A program made the position numbers and the translations under genes. Positions 10,113-20,891 of a stretch of DNA of 64,000 nt are shown in pieces. A model generated the notes under the pieces. The model was not told the DNA's origin. It was given only the letters and a program-made list of their open reading frames with translations, and made no database searches. Position 1 is the stretch's first letter, and each line of letters starts with the position of its first letter. This stretch comes from Vulcanimicrobiota bacterium (lineage in GTDB: Bacteria > Vulcanimicrobiota > Vulcanimicrobiia > Vulcanimicrobiales > Vulcanimicrobiaceae), in the NCBI GenBank assembly GCA_963820825.1, contig CAWGBN010000006.1, forward strand, positions 480,001 through 544,000, written 5' to 3'.

Positions 10113-11543
10113 CTATTCCGGGATCAGCTGCCAGCCCGGCCGGGCTTGCAGCTTCCACATAAACGCATCGTGCAGCAATCGCTTAGTCCAGGCGCCCGCC
10201 AACCCGACGTCGAGTTCGCTCAAGCCAAGGTCGCGCCCGTACTCGGGATAGCGCTCGTAGTCGCGCGCAACCGGCACCATGATGATCGAGGCCGCCGAAC
10301 CAGTGAGCAGCGACTGTCCCATCGACGCAATGCAGGCGGCCGGCATCGCGGACAGCGGCTCGCGATGGCTCGGCTCGCCGCCGCGCGCCTGGTCGAGCAC
10401 GTTGAGCGCGACCGTGCGCCCGATGATGCCGGAGGCCATGCCGGTGCGCGGTGCCGTCGCGGTGATCGGCGAGCCGCTCGAGCCCTTGACCGATCTCGAA
10501 AGAGGATGCGGCGGTGCGAACGCGATGCCGGCGGCGTAGATGCGATCGTCATATGGGGATCGATAGATTGCAGGCCAATCGCGCCCGCGGTACTCGGGAT
10601 ACGTCTTCGCGGTATAGTCGGCATCCACGGTCATCAGGCCGTTGCCCTGCGTCATCTTGGGCGTCACGTCTTCACCCCCGACGCCGACGTACCTCAGCGG
10701 GATGCCGCGGAACTGCGGAATAAGCATTGCGAAATCGAACTCCAGCCACGCTGGTTCTTCGGTAGGCGTTTCGTAGAGTAGGCGGCCGGATTCGACATGC
10801 TTGACGCTCGCGGGAAGTATGGTGCGGATCTTCTCTTCGAAAAAGAGACCGCCGATGACGTCCGCGCCGCGAATGACGCGGTCGCCTTTGCGCGCTTCGA
10901 TTCCGTCGACGCCGAAATCGCCCGGCTGGGATTCGTTCGAGAGCCAGATCAAGTCGGCACGTTCGCGCAAGCCGCGCCGGCGCAAGTCGTGATTCACGTT
11001 CATGATGTATTCGAATGCGGCTCCCTCGCAGGTTGCGAGGGGGTGGCCCGTGCCAACGACGATCCGGGCACGCTCGCCCTTTTCGAGCTTTTTTACGATG
11101 TCGCGATATGCTTCGCCCGTGCGGGTCGCGTGCTCGACCGAACAGACGCTTTCCGAGTTCCCGGCCGAAGGTCCGAGTCCCGGGGTTCCCTCGAAGTTCA
11201 AGTACGGGCCGGTCGCGTTGATCAAAAAATCGTAGTCGAGGGTAGAGTGCTCTCCCGAGTCGAGTGCTACGGCGACGCGCCGCTGCGCGAGGTCGACCTC
11301 TTGTGCACGGCCCGCGACGTACTTGATCCCCAGTTTTGCGTATACCTCATCGAGCGCGAAGTAACATCGATCCGGCGACATCGTCCCGACGCCGACCCAG
11401 ATCAGGCTCGGGAACCAGGTGAACCGGTTTCGCGGCGAGACGACGGTGACGTCGACCTCGTCGAGGTGTTTGGAGAGATGCAACGCCGCGGTGTGCCCGG
11501 CAAAGCCGGCGCCTAATACGAGCACGCGTGATTTCATAATCAT
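10113..11543 (-). CDS. sqr: Sulfide:quinone oxidoreductase-like FAD-dependent oxidoreductase
   Basis: GAGFAG FAD motif, FPSLIWVGVG, YDFLINATG, TCEGAAFEY, PRTGMAS and ACIASMG (candidate redox cysteines). Confidence 0.75.
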   Translation of the reverse strand: MIMKSRVLVLGAGFAGHTAALHLSKHLDEVDVTVVSPRNRFTWFPSLIWVGVGTMSPDRCYFALDEVYAKLGIKYVAGRAQEVDLAQRRVAVALDSGEHSTLDYDFLINATGPYLNFEGTPGLGPSAGNSESVCSVEHATRTGEAYRDIVKKLEKGERARIVVGTGHPLATCEGAAFEYIMNVNHDLRRRGLRERADLIWLSNESQPGDFGVDGIEARKGDRVIRGADVIGGLFFEEKIRTILPASVKHVESGRLLYETPTEEPAWLEFDFAMLIPQFRGIPLRYVGVGGEDVTPKMTQGNGLMTVDADYTAKTYPEYRGRDWPAIYRSPYDDRIYAAGIAFAPPHPLSRSVKGSSGSPITATAPRTGMASGIIGRTVALNVLDQARGGEPSHREPLSAMPAACIASMGQSLLTGSAASIIMVPVARDYERYPEYGRDLGLSELDVGLAGAWTKRLLHDAFMWKLQARPGWQLIPE

Positions 11544-12845
11544 ACCCCCTTGTCGCCAATGCCGGCGACGAAGCGCAGGTGCGCATCAGCGATGCGCAGA
11601 TCCGCCTGCGCGCGGATGAATTGTTGGCGGGCCGACGCGTTACGAGCTTGCGCATCGCGCAGCTCGAGCTGTGTGCCGACCTGTCCCCGGTAGCGAACCT
11701 CCGCGAGACGCTCGTCCTCGGCGGCGGACGTGGCAAGATCGCGGGCGGCGGCGACGCGCTCGGCGGCGGTCTGCAACTCCACGTAGCCTTCCCGCACGTC
11801 CAGCTCGGCTCGAGCGCGTAGCTCGTCGTACTCTGCCTGTGCCTGTGCGAGCGCGTCGCGCGCCGCGGCAACGCGCGCGGCCGTCGCGCCACCGTCGTAG
11901 AGGCGCCAGACCCCTTGCAGCGCGATGACGAATTGATTCGGTATAACCCGGCTGCACCGCCGGTTGGACGTTACCGTCGCTGACGGAGATGCCGACCGAC
12001 GGCCCATTTTCCGCCTGCGCTTCGCGGATGCTGGCCGCGGCAGCGTCGAGCGCGGCGCGAGCGGCTTGCAATTCGCCACGCTGCGCGATCGCCGCTGCCA
12101 CCAGACCCTCCACGCCGGGCATCGGAAGCCTCGTTTCCAGAGTGTCCGATGTTACGATGCGCGCCGTCGCGGGAAGGCCGAGCAGCGTGGCAAGACGTTC
12201 GTGCGCGATGGTGACCGCGCCGTGCGCATCGATAGCCCGGACGCGAAGGTCGGCGAGCTCGGTACGCGCCTCGAGCGCATCGAAGCGCGGCACCGTTCCG
12301 GCCGAGAAGCGCGCCCGCGTATCGTCGTACGAGCGCTGTCCGTCGGCGACCGCGGCGTCGGCCGCCTGGGATGCGGCCATGGCCGCGAGGTCGTCGACGT
12401 ACGCCTGCGTAACGCTCGCGACCAGTCCGCCGCGGGCTTCGCGTTCGGCGGCCGCCGCTTCCGCGTACCGTGCGTCGGCCTGGCCGGCGCGCGCGGCCCC
12501 TTCGCCGTCGTCGAAAAAAGTGTAGCGCGCGGTTACGAGCGGCAAGTTGGTCGCGTTGGGACCGAAAGGCAGTGGGCCGAACGGCGTTGAGAGTTGCGCA
12601 ACCGGATCCGAGGAGACGTACGAATCGCTGACGCTCAGAGTCGGCCCGCGGTCGCCGCGAGCGGCGCGCACGTCATCGCCGCGCACGCGGACCGCCGCAA
12701 TCGCCGCACGATATCCCGGATTGTGGGCTAGCGCCGTATCGATCGCTTCATCGAGCGAGAGCGTTAACGACTGCTCGGCGCGGACCGGCGCAGACATGAG
12801 GAGCAGCGCGAAGACCGCCGCGGCAAGGGAGAAGAGTCTATGCAT
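11540..12845 (-). CDS. TolC-family outer membrane efflux protein (frameshift near 11945)
   Basis: Signal peptide, LSLDEAIDTALAHNP, C-terminal RYRGQVGTQLELRDAQ; split between ORFs 11640..12875 and 11540..12079. Confidence 0.8.
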
Positions 12846-15800
12846 GCCCAGCCTCCTCGACAAGCGGCGACGCAAAGCGGGCGTAGAGCAAGGGGATCGC
12901 CAGCACGGACAAGACCGCAGACGAACTCATCCCGAAGACGAGAGCCCACGCGAGCCCGCTCCAGACGGGGTCGGAAGCAATTACGACCGACGAGAGTACC
13001 CCCGCCGCGGCGGTCATGAAGATCGGCCGCGTGCGGGTGGTTGCAGCGGCGACCAGCGCATCTCGACGGCTCAGGCCCAGCCTGAGCTGATCCTCAATGA
13101 ACTCTATGAGGATGATCGAGTTGCGTACGACGATGCCGACCAGCGCGATCAGGCCGATCATCGCCGTCGCCGAAAAATAGATGCCGAACGGCGCCAGCAG
13201 CGCGAAGCCGGGCATGATGCCGATCATCGCGAGCGGCACCGCCGCCAAGACGATCAGTGGCGTGCGGAACGACCGAAAGCGCGCGACTAGCAGCAGGTAG
13301 ATGAGCAGAAATGCGAGCGCCATCGCGCGCCCGAGGTCGGCGAAGACGGTGAGCGTCATATCCCATTCGCCGTCCCAGGCTATGCTGTAGCCGGGCGGCA
13401 GAGTCAGCCGCGAGAGCGCGATCATCGCCTCGATAACGGCGTAAGTAGAGCTGCGTCCGGCGAGTTCCGCGCCGACGTAAGTTGCGTCACGATAGTCGTC
13501 CCGCTGCAGCGTCGGGGATTGTTGGGTGACCGCGACCCGCGCGATCTCTCCCAGGGGCGTGCTCCCTCCATTCCCCGCCGGTATGCGAATCTGCGACAGC
13601 GACGCTGGATCGCGGCGGAACTCGGATGCGAAACGAACGACGACGTCGACCGGGCGTACGTCGACCGGCGCGTGAATCTCCGATACCGTCGATCCGGCAA
13701 GCGCTATACCGAGGGTCTGTACGACTTCGGCGACGGAGACGCCTGAAAGCGCAGCTTTCACCGGATCGACCTCGACGTGGACCGAAGCCGGCAACGGCTT
13801 GTCGCTTGGATCGACGTCGACGACGCCGTGCTCGCCCTCGAGAATCGATTGGATGCGGGACGCAATTGCTCGGCGGATATCCGGATCGGGGCCGAAGACC
13901 TTGGCGAAGATCGTGTTGCGCACGGGCGGTCCGGGCGGGGTTTGCAGGACGCGCAGCGCCGCACCGAAGCGAGCTGCAACGGTCTGCAGTCGCGGACGCA
14001 GCGTTCGAACGAGGATTGCCGACTGCACGTGTCGCCGGTCCTTCGGCACGAGGTTCACGCGAATATCGGCGAGGTTCGGCGCGTTTCGGAAGAGGGTCCC
14101 CTGAAAGAGGCTGGAGAGATCGGGAACCGAGTTCGTGCCCACGAAAATCTCGTAGTTGCTCACCTCCGGCGTCGCTGCCAATTGCGCTCCGACGGCTTCC
14201 GCGATTGCGGTCGTCGCGGCGACGGTGCTCCAGGGCGGCGCATCGATGGTAACAAGGATTGTCGTTTCGTTGGCGCGCGGTAGCATGCGGAACTGCACGA
14301 GCTGCAGCGCCGGCAACGCAAGTGCGATCGCGAAGGCTAGCGCAAGAGCAACGAGAAAGAGCGAGCCGGCCTGCGGATTGTCCAAAAGACCTGCCAGCCG
14401 GTCACGGACATACGCGACCCACCAAGTCGTCGCGTGGGACGTTTTCAGCGTGCGCTTCCGCAGCAGATGGTAGGTTGCCCACGGCGTTACGGCGACGGCG
14501 ATGAAGAGCGAGGCGAGCATCGCTACCGGAACGTTAATCGGAATCGGCCGCATATACGGACCCATCATGCCGGTCACGAAGAGCATCGGCAGGAACGAAA
14601 GCACTACCGTGATCGTCGCAAGCGCAGTCGGACTAGCGATCTCGCCCACCGCAGCCACGGTCACCGCATCGCGCGGCGCGTTGGGCTTGTTCGCGTAGTG
14701 CCGGTGAATGTTCTCGACCATGACGATGGCGTCGTCGACCAGCAGGCCGAGCGCGAGAATCAGAGCAAAAAGCGTAATTCGGTTGATCGTTTGATGGGCG
14801 AGCATCCCCACGCCGAGGGTCACGAAGAGCGTGAGAGGAATCGCCGATGCAACCACGATCGCCTGGCGCCATCCAAGAACGAGTAAGAGCAATGCGACGA
14901 TGCCAATCGCCTCGACCAACCGTTCGATCAGCTCGTTCACCGCAAGGTTGGCCTTCTCGCCGTAGTCGCGCGTTACGCTCACCGTCACTCCGGGTGGAAG
15001 CTGCGCGGCGCGTACCGTCCCGATGATCCTTTCGGCGATATCAACGGCGTTCGTTCCGGGCTTCTTTGCGATCGCGATGCTGACTGCCGGCTCGTTTCCA
15101 AAAAGCGACTCCGTTTCTGGTGGCGCAATGGTCGCGCGGACGCTCGCGACGTCGCGCAGCGCGACGGGCATGCCGCCGTGAACGCCCACGATCGTCGCGG
15201 CGACATCTTCCGCGTTCAGAAAAGGAGCGCCGCTCCTGACGCTGAGCTCGCGTTCCGTCGAGCGCAGCGGCCCCGCCGGCGAGACGACGTCTGCCGTCCC
15301 AATTGCGCGGGCAACCTGCAGCGGGGAAAGCGCGTAGGCATCCAATCGCACCGGATCGAGATCGACCGCGACTTCGTGCGGCCGATCACCGTAGACCGCG
15401 ACGCTCGAAACGCCGGGCAAAGGTTGGATCGAGGTGATGAGCCGCTGCGCCGCATCCCCCAACTGACCGCGGTCGTAACGGGGGCCGTGCAGTGTCAGGA
15501 CGACGATCGGAATGTCGTCGGTGCTCATCGGCACGATCACGGGCTGCGACGCTCCCGGCGGCAAATCCGTAAGGTGCGCGAAGACCTGATCGTACAGATC
15601 GACAAAAGCCTTCGTGGGATCGTCGCCAACGTGGAAAAGCACGGTCAAGTACGAAGTGTCCTGCGTTGACGTTGCGTAGACGTGCTCGACTGCCGGGAAC
15701 CGCGCGTAGGACGCGCTCGCCTCGTTCGGTGACGGACCGCTGCACTTCGCGCGCGTCGGCACCTGGATAGTGCGTTACGATGATCGCTGCAGGGCGCACG

Positions 15801-15937
15801 ATTTGCGGATTTTCTTCACGTGGCGTCGCGAGGATCGCGAGCAGTCCCAGCGCGACGATTGCTATGACGAGCGTTGGTGTCAGTTTCGAGGTGAGAAAAT
15901 AACGGGCGATTCGCGCCGCCCAGTTTAGGTGTTCCAT
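12838..15937 (-). CDS. AcrB/RND efflux permease (frameshift near 15695)
   Basis: PREENPQI, YPGADA, GLLVDDAIVMVENI, GIVVRNSIILIEF, RTRPIFMT; N-terminus in ORF 15386..15937, remainder in 12838..15762. Confidence 0.9.
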
Positions 15938-15938
15938 T

Positions 15939-17162
15939 TCACCGGTCGATCGCGATCGTCGCGCCGTCGGTCAAACGTTCGAGATTGGTCGTCGCTACGT
16001 CGCGGTCTGCCGGACGAAGGCCCGTGACTTCGACGTCGTGCATGTCGGCTTTGCCGGTTCGGACCGGCGCGAAGACCGCTTTGCCGCCGGTAATCACGAA
16101 GACCCCGGTTTGACCGTCGCGCGTAACGAGCGCCTCGAGCGGAACCGTCGTGCCGCGCTCGGGCACTCCGCGGAGACGCACGCGCACGAACATGCCAGGT
16201 CGTAGTCCGCGTGTCGCGGGCAGCGCAATGCGCGCCAGCATGGAACGTAGCGCTGGGTCGGCAGGAGAGAGTCCTCGTACCGTACCGATCAGGATTCGAT
16301 CCAGATCGGCGGACTGGACCTCGACGCGACTGCCTTGATGGAGCGCGCCGGCATTTTCCTGCGGTACGGCGACGTCGGCTTCGAGTGTGTCGTCGCTCTG
16401 CACGGCAACGACCGGCGTCCCTGGGCCTACCGCCGTGCCCACATCGGCGAATCGCTCGGTGACGACGCCGTCGAACGGAGCTCGAATTATTCCGTTAGAG
16501 ACCGCAATCGAAGCGGCCTTGGCGGCGGCTCCTGCCTCTGCTGCGGCGTCTGCCGCCGCCGCGCGTTGCGCTTCAGTTTGCGTGGTCACCGCAGAGGCCT
16601 CTCGGAAATCCGCTTCCGACTGGTCGAGCTGTTGACGCGAAATGGCACCCTGCGCGTAAAGCCGCGCCATCCGACGTTGAGTGGCGCGCGCCAATTCCAG
16701 CCGCGCCTCCGTCTGAGCTACGCCAGCCGAGGCCGCAAGGCTCGTTTCGTGCGCGCCGGCGGCGCCGGCAGAGGCTGCGGTAAGTTGAGCGCGATAGGAT
16801 GCGTCGTCGATCGTCGCGATGGGCTGCCCTGCCGTCACGGGGTCTCCCACGCGCACGCGCATCTCGTTAACTCTGCCTGCGACGACCGCTCCCACCTGCG
16901 CGCTCTGCGCAGAGGCGACGCTGCCGGACAGTTCGAGCGTGCTGCCGATGGATCGAATGACGACCGGTGCGGTGTGCACCGGAATAGGTGGCGGCTCGAC
17001 CACTTTTCGCGCGCAACCTCCCGGTGCAAAAGCGGCGGAGAGTCCGAGAATTACCAAGAGGCGACGCAGACGACCCCTCACGACGCCTTGCGCAAGCCCG
17101 CCAGTGCGATGAGGTTCGACATCAAGCACCGGCCTGTCAGTGACTGAAGGAGGTTCGCGCAT
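15939..17162 (-). CDS. RND membrane fusion (periplasmic adaptor) protein
   Basis: GRVNEMRVRVGDPV, GAISRQQLDQ, IRAPFDGVV, LRPGMFVRV; start uncertain (frame stays open to 17312). Confidence 0.85.
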   Translation of the reverse strand: MREPPSVTDRPVLDVEPHRTGGLAQGVVRGRLRRLLVILGLSAAFAPGGCARKVVEPPPIPVHTAPVVIRSIGSTLELSGSVASAQSAQVGAVVAGRVNEMRVRVGDPVTAGQPIATIDDASYRAQLTAASAGAAGAHETSLAASAGVAQTEARLELARATQRRMARLYAQGAISRQQLDQSEADFREASAVTTQTEAQRAAAADAAAEAGAAAKAASIAVSNGIIRAPFDGVVTERFADVGTAVGPGTPVVAVQSDDTLEADVAVPQENAGALHQGSRVEVQSADLDRILIGTVRGLSPADPALRSMLARIALPATRGLRPGMFVRVRLRGVPERGTTVPLEALVTRDGQTGVFVITGGKAVFAPVRTGKADMHDVEVTGLRPADRDVATTNLERLTDGATIAIDR

Positions 17163-17291
17163 ACCATAGATTTCGCGACGGATGCATTGGCCGCGAACCG
17201 GCACACCCGTGATTCCGGCGGCTATTCGCAGCAACCGCCCTGCGGCCCCGGACATAAATCTTGCGAGTCCCATCCGAGGATAGTATATACC

Positions 17292-17307
17292 ATACCCCGT
17301 AGGGTAT
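17292..17307. promoter_or_regulatory. CsoR/CstR-type operator
   Basis: ATACC-CCGTAG-GGTAT inverted repeat with C/G tracts in the divergent promoter next to a CsoR-family gene. Confidence 0.7.
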
Positions 17308-17341
17308 TGCAATAAGCGAAGATAACCCTTACTATGGGCGC

Positions 17342-17662
17342 ATGGCTAAGACCCGCGCGTCGGCGAAACGGCCTTCCACCGAACGCCACCTCGATATCGA
17401 GGACGAGACTGCTACCGACATCATCTTGCGGCTGCGGCGAATCGAAGGGCAGGTGCGCGCAATCGAGCAGATGATTGAGCAGCGCCGTGACTGCCATACG
17501 ATTGCCCAACTGATGGGCGCCGCAAAGGCGGCCCTCGAGCGAGCGACGATCCAGCTCATGACGGCCAGCATGGCTGGTTGCCTATCGGCGGGCCGTAACG
17601 GAGCCTACGATCAGCGCGAACTCGCCAAGCTCACCGATACCTTCGTAAAAATTCTCGGTTAG
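17342..17662 (+). CDS. CsoR/RcnR-family repressor, CstR-like
   Basis: RLRRIEGQVRAIEQM..RDC..; second Cys in SMAGCL with no His at the usual metal-ligand position. Confidence 0.85.
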   Translation: MAKTRASAKRPSTERHLDIEDETATDIILRLRRIEGQVRAIEQMIEQRRDCHTIAQLMGAAKAALERATIQLMTASMAGCLSAGRNGAYDQRELAKLTDTFVKILG

Positions 17663-17814
17663 CTGAGAGGTTAGAGAACAAGAGTCCCAATGTCAGCGCG
17701 ACCGTCGGAAGAAGACCGGCGATCTAACGGATTTCGCGAGACTCACTGGGATTAGAAGTGACCGGACGGGACGCAAGAATGCGGAGACCCGTACAGGAGA
17801 CCGCGCGACCTTGA

Positions 17815-18007
17815 GGTTAGTGCAACGATTTGCTCAAAGATGGAGCGGTTCGCTACACCATTTACTACACAGAATCGGCAAAATTGGATTTCGGCGTTTA
17901 TTGGCAGCCGAAGGCTCTATGCGAAAACGGCCGGTATTATCAGGGACTTTCGAAGCCTAGAGGGTAGTGGCGGGGATGCTAGGAGAACGTCCTACACGCT
18001 CCCGCCA
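17815..18007 (+). repeat. att-like junction repeat, copy 3 (outermost)
   Basis: CTACACCATTTACTACACAG at 17853; TGGCGGGGATGCTAGG-AGAACGT-CCTACACGCTCCCGCCA at 17968-18007. Confidence 0.85.
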
Positions 18008-18084
18008 GAATCGCTGCTCAACTCGGAACAACTCGGAACAATCGGCCTCGCGGTCACGCTCCGCTCACTTTTCTCCCCGACTCG

Positions 18085-18269
18085 ACCACGCGATCGAGCA
18101 GGTTCGCGGCGTCCCGCTGGGAACCGAGACCATAAAGACCCATCTCAAGAATATTAAGGCGAAGACCGGCCTGTCGAAGGTTCAACTCGGATTCAAGGTC
18201 CAGGCGCGGCGCTTGGCGTCGGCTGCCGATTTGACGCTTCCGCCTCCGTCAATCGTGGCCGGCGGCTAG
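18085..18269 (+). pseudogene. LuxR-like HTH fragment
   Basis: ETIKTHLKNIKAKTG resembles the LuxR recognition helix; no convincing start codon. Confidence 0.4.
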
Positions 18270-18505
18270 ACCCCTACTGCGCCGCCCGGTTTCGCCGCAA
18301 CAGCACGTCGCGCCGGATCCCCCTTTTGGGTGGTCCTTTCACCCGTTTTAGGGAGCACCAGCAAACTCCCTAACATTGGGAATTATCGTTCGACCCTAGC
18401 TTCGAGACAATCGACGTGGCCGACGGAGAAGTCGGCACCGCCTCGGCCGGCGGCACCGGCCGTTATGGCGAGCCGCTCGCGCGGTTCGCCGCTCGGAGTA
18501 GAACG

Positions 18506-19183
18506 ATGAAAAACGATATCTCGGTTACGCGCATTCTCGCGCCATCGGCTTTTGGCTTTCTGTGGGCTGAGTGCAAGCGGTGCTATTACCTCCAAGTGGT
18601 GCAGGACTTGCGGCGCCCGGGTGCGCCGTTCCCATCGATCTTCTCGCGGATCGACTCTGCGATGAAGCGCCGCTTCGCAGGCGATGAATGGCATTCGTTC
18701 GGACCTGCCCAGCCCCGCTTTAAGGTCGCACACGTTGAACAGATGGTCCGTTCAGTACCCATCATCTTACCCGGCCGAAACGTCGAGATTGTCCTCCGGG
18801 GAAAGTTTGATAGTGTCCTGATGCTAAGTGACTCGCGCAAAGTAATATGCGATTTCAAAACGGCGCCGGTGAGGGCTGACCATCTTGATAAGTACTGGGT
18901 CCAACTTCACGCGTACGCCTACACTTTGGAACATCCGTCTATAGGAAGCCTATCCATTCCGAAAGTAGATGGCCTGGGTCTGGCGGTCTTCGAACGAAAC
19001 GATTTTGCATACAACACTGAAGACGGAGCTTCACTCAGTGGTGCAATGCAGTGGATTGACATGCCGCGGGATGATGATCGCTTTAAGTCTTTCCTTGACG
19101 GCGTGGCCTCGGTGCTGGAGCAGCCTCAGCCGCCCCCAGCAAGTGACAACTGCCAGTTCTGTCGGTTCCGTCGGGCGGCGTAA
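18506..19183 (+). CDS. PD-(D/E)XK nuclease, Cas4/RecB-like
   Basis: ECKRCYY near N-terminus, LRGKFD, ICDFKT, QLHAYA, C-terminal CQFC; ATG after GGAG. Confidence 0.8.
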   Translation: MKNDISVTRILAPSAFGFLWAECKRCYYLQVVQDLRRPGAPFPSIFSRIDSAMKRRFAGDEWHSFGPAQPRFKVAHVEQMVRSVPIILPGRNVEIVLRGKFDSVLMLSDSRKVICDFKTAPVRADHLDKYWVQLHAYAYTLEHPSIGSLSIPKVDGLGLAVFERNDFAYNTEDGASLSGAMQWIDMPRDDDRFKSFLDGVASVLEQPQPPPASDNCQFCRFRRAA

Positions 19184-19391
19184 CGATGATCGCAGGAAGG
19201 TCGGGGTCATTGCTGATTCGGTGGTTTCTCTGGACAAGAGCGCCGTGACGCCGAGGCGCTCTTGCGCGTTTTAGACACCTTCATTGAAGAGGCCGCCGGT
19301 CGTCACCGTGGCCGCGGCGCGGGGGCGAGGCGCCCAGCACCGAACGTTATTAGCCGCCAATCCGTTTATCAGAGCAAGGGAGCCTGGGTAC

Positions 19392-19615
19392 GTGAAGAGC
19401 TTTAATTTGAGTCGCTGCGCGCTAAGCAGTTGCGCCGCTGCGGTATTGCTCGCAGCCTGCGGCGGATCGCAGCCGCCGATCGGCGCGCCGGGCGGGATGT
19501 CAAACGGCTCGTACCCAGCGCCGCACCACAAACACTCGCGAACGTTTAGTTTTACCGGAGCTAAACAAACATTCATGGTGCCGACCGGCGTGACGCACGT
19601 TACCGTTGTTGCGAG
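19392..19615 (+). pseudogene. Lipoprotein N-terminal fragment truncated by IS3
   Basis: GTG start, LLAACGGSQPPIG lipobox, FSFTGAKQTFMVPTGVT; frame runs into the IS left end. Confidence 0.7.
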
Positions 19616-19707
19616 TGGCAGAGGTGGCCTCGGTTAGCTGAACACCCCGTTGTGTGATGACTTCGCTCTCTGCGGGTCGAAGGGACCAGCGAAAAGGAGC
19701 AGTCATC

Positions 19708-20007
19708 GTGAGTCGTTCTCGTCGTAACCACACGCCGGCCTTCAAAGCCAAGGTGGCGTTAGCGGCAATCAAGGGAGATCAAACCGTCGCGGAGCTCGCC
19801 AAGCGCTTCGACGTCCACCCGAACTCGATCGTTCAATGGAAAACGCAACTGCTCGAGAGAGCAGCTGAAGCCTTTGGCGGCGAGAGTCCCAAGCAAAGCG
19901 GTCCTGATGTTCGGGATTTACATGCCAAGATCGGCCAGCTGGCGCTGGAGAATGATTTTTTAGAACGCGCGCTCGGGCGTATCGACGGGTCGAGCGCAAG
20001 GCGATGA
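19708..20007 (+). CDS. IS3 transposase OrfA
   Basis: RRNHTPAFKAKVALAAIKGDQTVAELAKRFDVHPN HTH; T-run GATTTTTTAGAA near 19954 is a possible -1 frameshift site. Confidence 0.9.
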   Translation: MSRSRRNHTPAFKAKVALAAIKGDQTVAELAKRFDVHPNSIVQWKTQLLERAAEAFGGESPKQSGPDVRDLHAKIGQLALENDFLERALGRIDGSSARR

Positions 20008-20828
20008 TCGATCGCGGCCATGCTTTGCCACTATCACGTCAAGCCGACGTGCTCAACCTTTCGCGCGGCAGCTTATATTACAAAGCCGTCCCGGTCTCCG
20101 ATGCGGATCTTGACCTGATGCGTGAAATCGACGTGTTGCACACCGATCGGCCGTTTTGCGGGGCTCGGATGTTGCGCGACATTCTCCGGCGTAAAGGCTA
20201 TGAGATTGGCCGCCGGCACGTTGGCCGGCTGATGCGCCTAATGGGCATCGAAGCGCTGTACCGCAAGAAGAAAGGCACAAAGACGAATCCCGCGCACCCG
20301 ATCTATCCCTATCTTCTGAGAAATCTCGTCATCGACCGCCCGGATCAAGTCTGGTGCGCCGATATTTCGTACATCCCAATGCGGCGCGGCTTTCTCTACC
20401 TCTTCGCAATCTTGGACTGGCGAACACGGCGAGTGCTGACGTGGCGGCTTTCGAACAGCCTCACGGCTGACTTCTGCATGGATGCGGTCGAAGCGGCGGT
20501 CGCGACGTATGGTTGCCCGGAGATCTTCAATACCGATCAAGGCTGCCAGTTTACGGCGCTGGCGTTCGTCGAGATGCTCAAAAACTATGGAATCGCCATC
20601 AGCATGGACGGCCGCGGCGCCTGGCGGGACAACGTTTTTGTCGAGCGGTTTTGGCGTTCGCTGAAGTACGAGGAAGTCTATTTGCGCGCCTATGAGACCG
20701 CCAGCGAAGCCAAGCACTTCATCGGGCGCTACGTTTCATTCTACAACGCGGACCGGCCGCACTCGGCCCTCGACGGGCAAACCCCGGACGAGGTATACTT
20801 CAATAGGTCGACCGAAAGGGCGGCGTAA
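20004..20828 (+). CDS. IS3 transposase OrfB (DDE)
   Basis: WCADISYI, FNTDQGCQF, DNVFVERFWRSLKYE, YNADRPHSAL. Confidence 0.95.
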   Translation: MIDRGHALPLSRQADVLNLSRGSLYYKAVPVSDADLDLMREIDVLHTDRPFCGARMLRDILRRKGYEIGRRHVGRLMRLMGIEALYRKKKGTKTNPAHPIYPYLLRNLVIDRPDQVWCADISYIPMRRGFLYLFAILDWRTRRVLTWRLSNSLTADFCMDAVEAAVATYGCPEIFNTDQGCQFTALAFVEMLKNYGIAISMDGRGAWRDNVFVERFWRSLKYEEVYLRAYETASEAKHFIGRYVSFYNADRPHSALDGQTPDEVYFNRSTERAA

Positions 20829-20891
20829 CTAGCGTGGTCATCACACAGCGAAGGCCGGTACACTGTTCAAAAAACCGGCGCCACCTCTCTC

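Noticed and set aside
4878..18007. CRISPR array, given palindromic repeats and a Cas4-like gene
   Set aside because: Repeats are kilobases apart with whole genes between them; no spacer-sized units and no cas1/cas2
4739..18157. Similar short ORFs at 4739, 9690 and 17840/17967 (TLGERPTRSRQ)
   Set aside because: They are translations of the non-coding repeat; frames and ends are not conserved between copies
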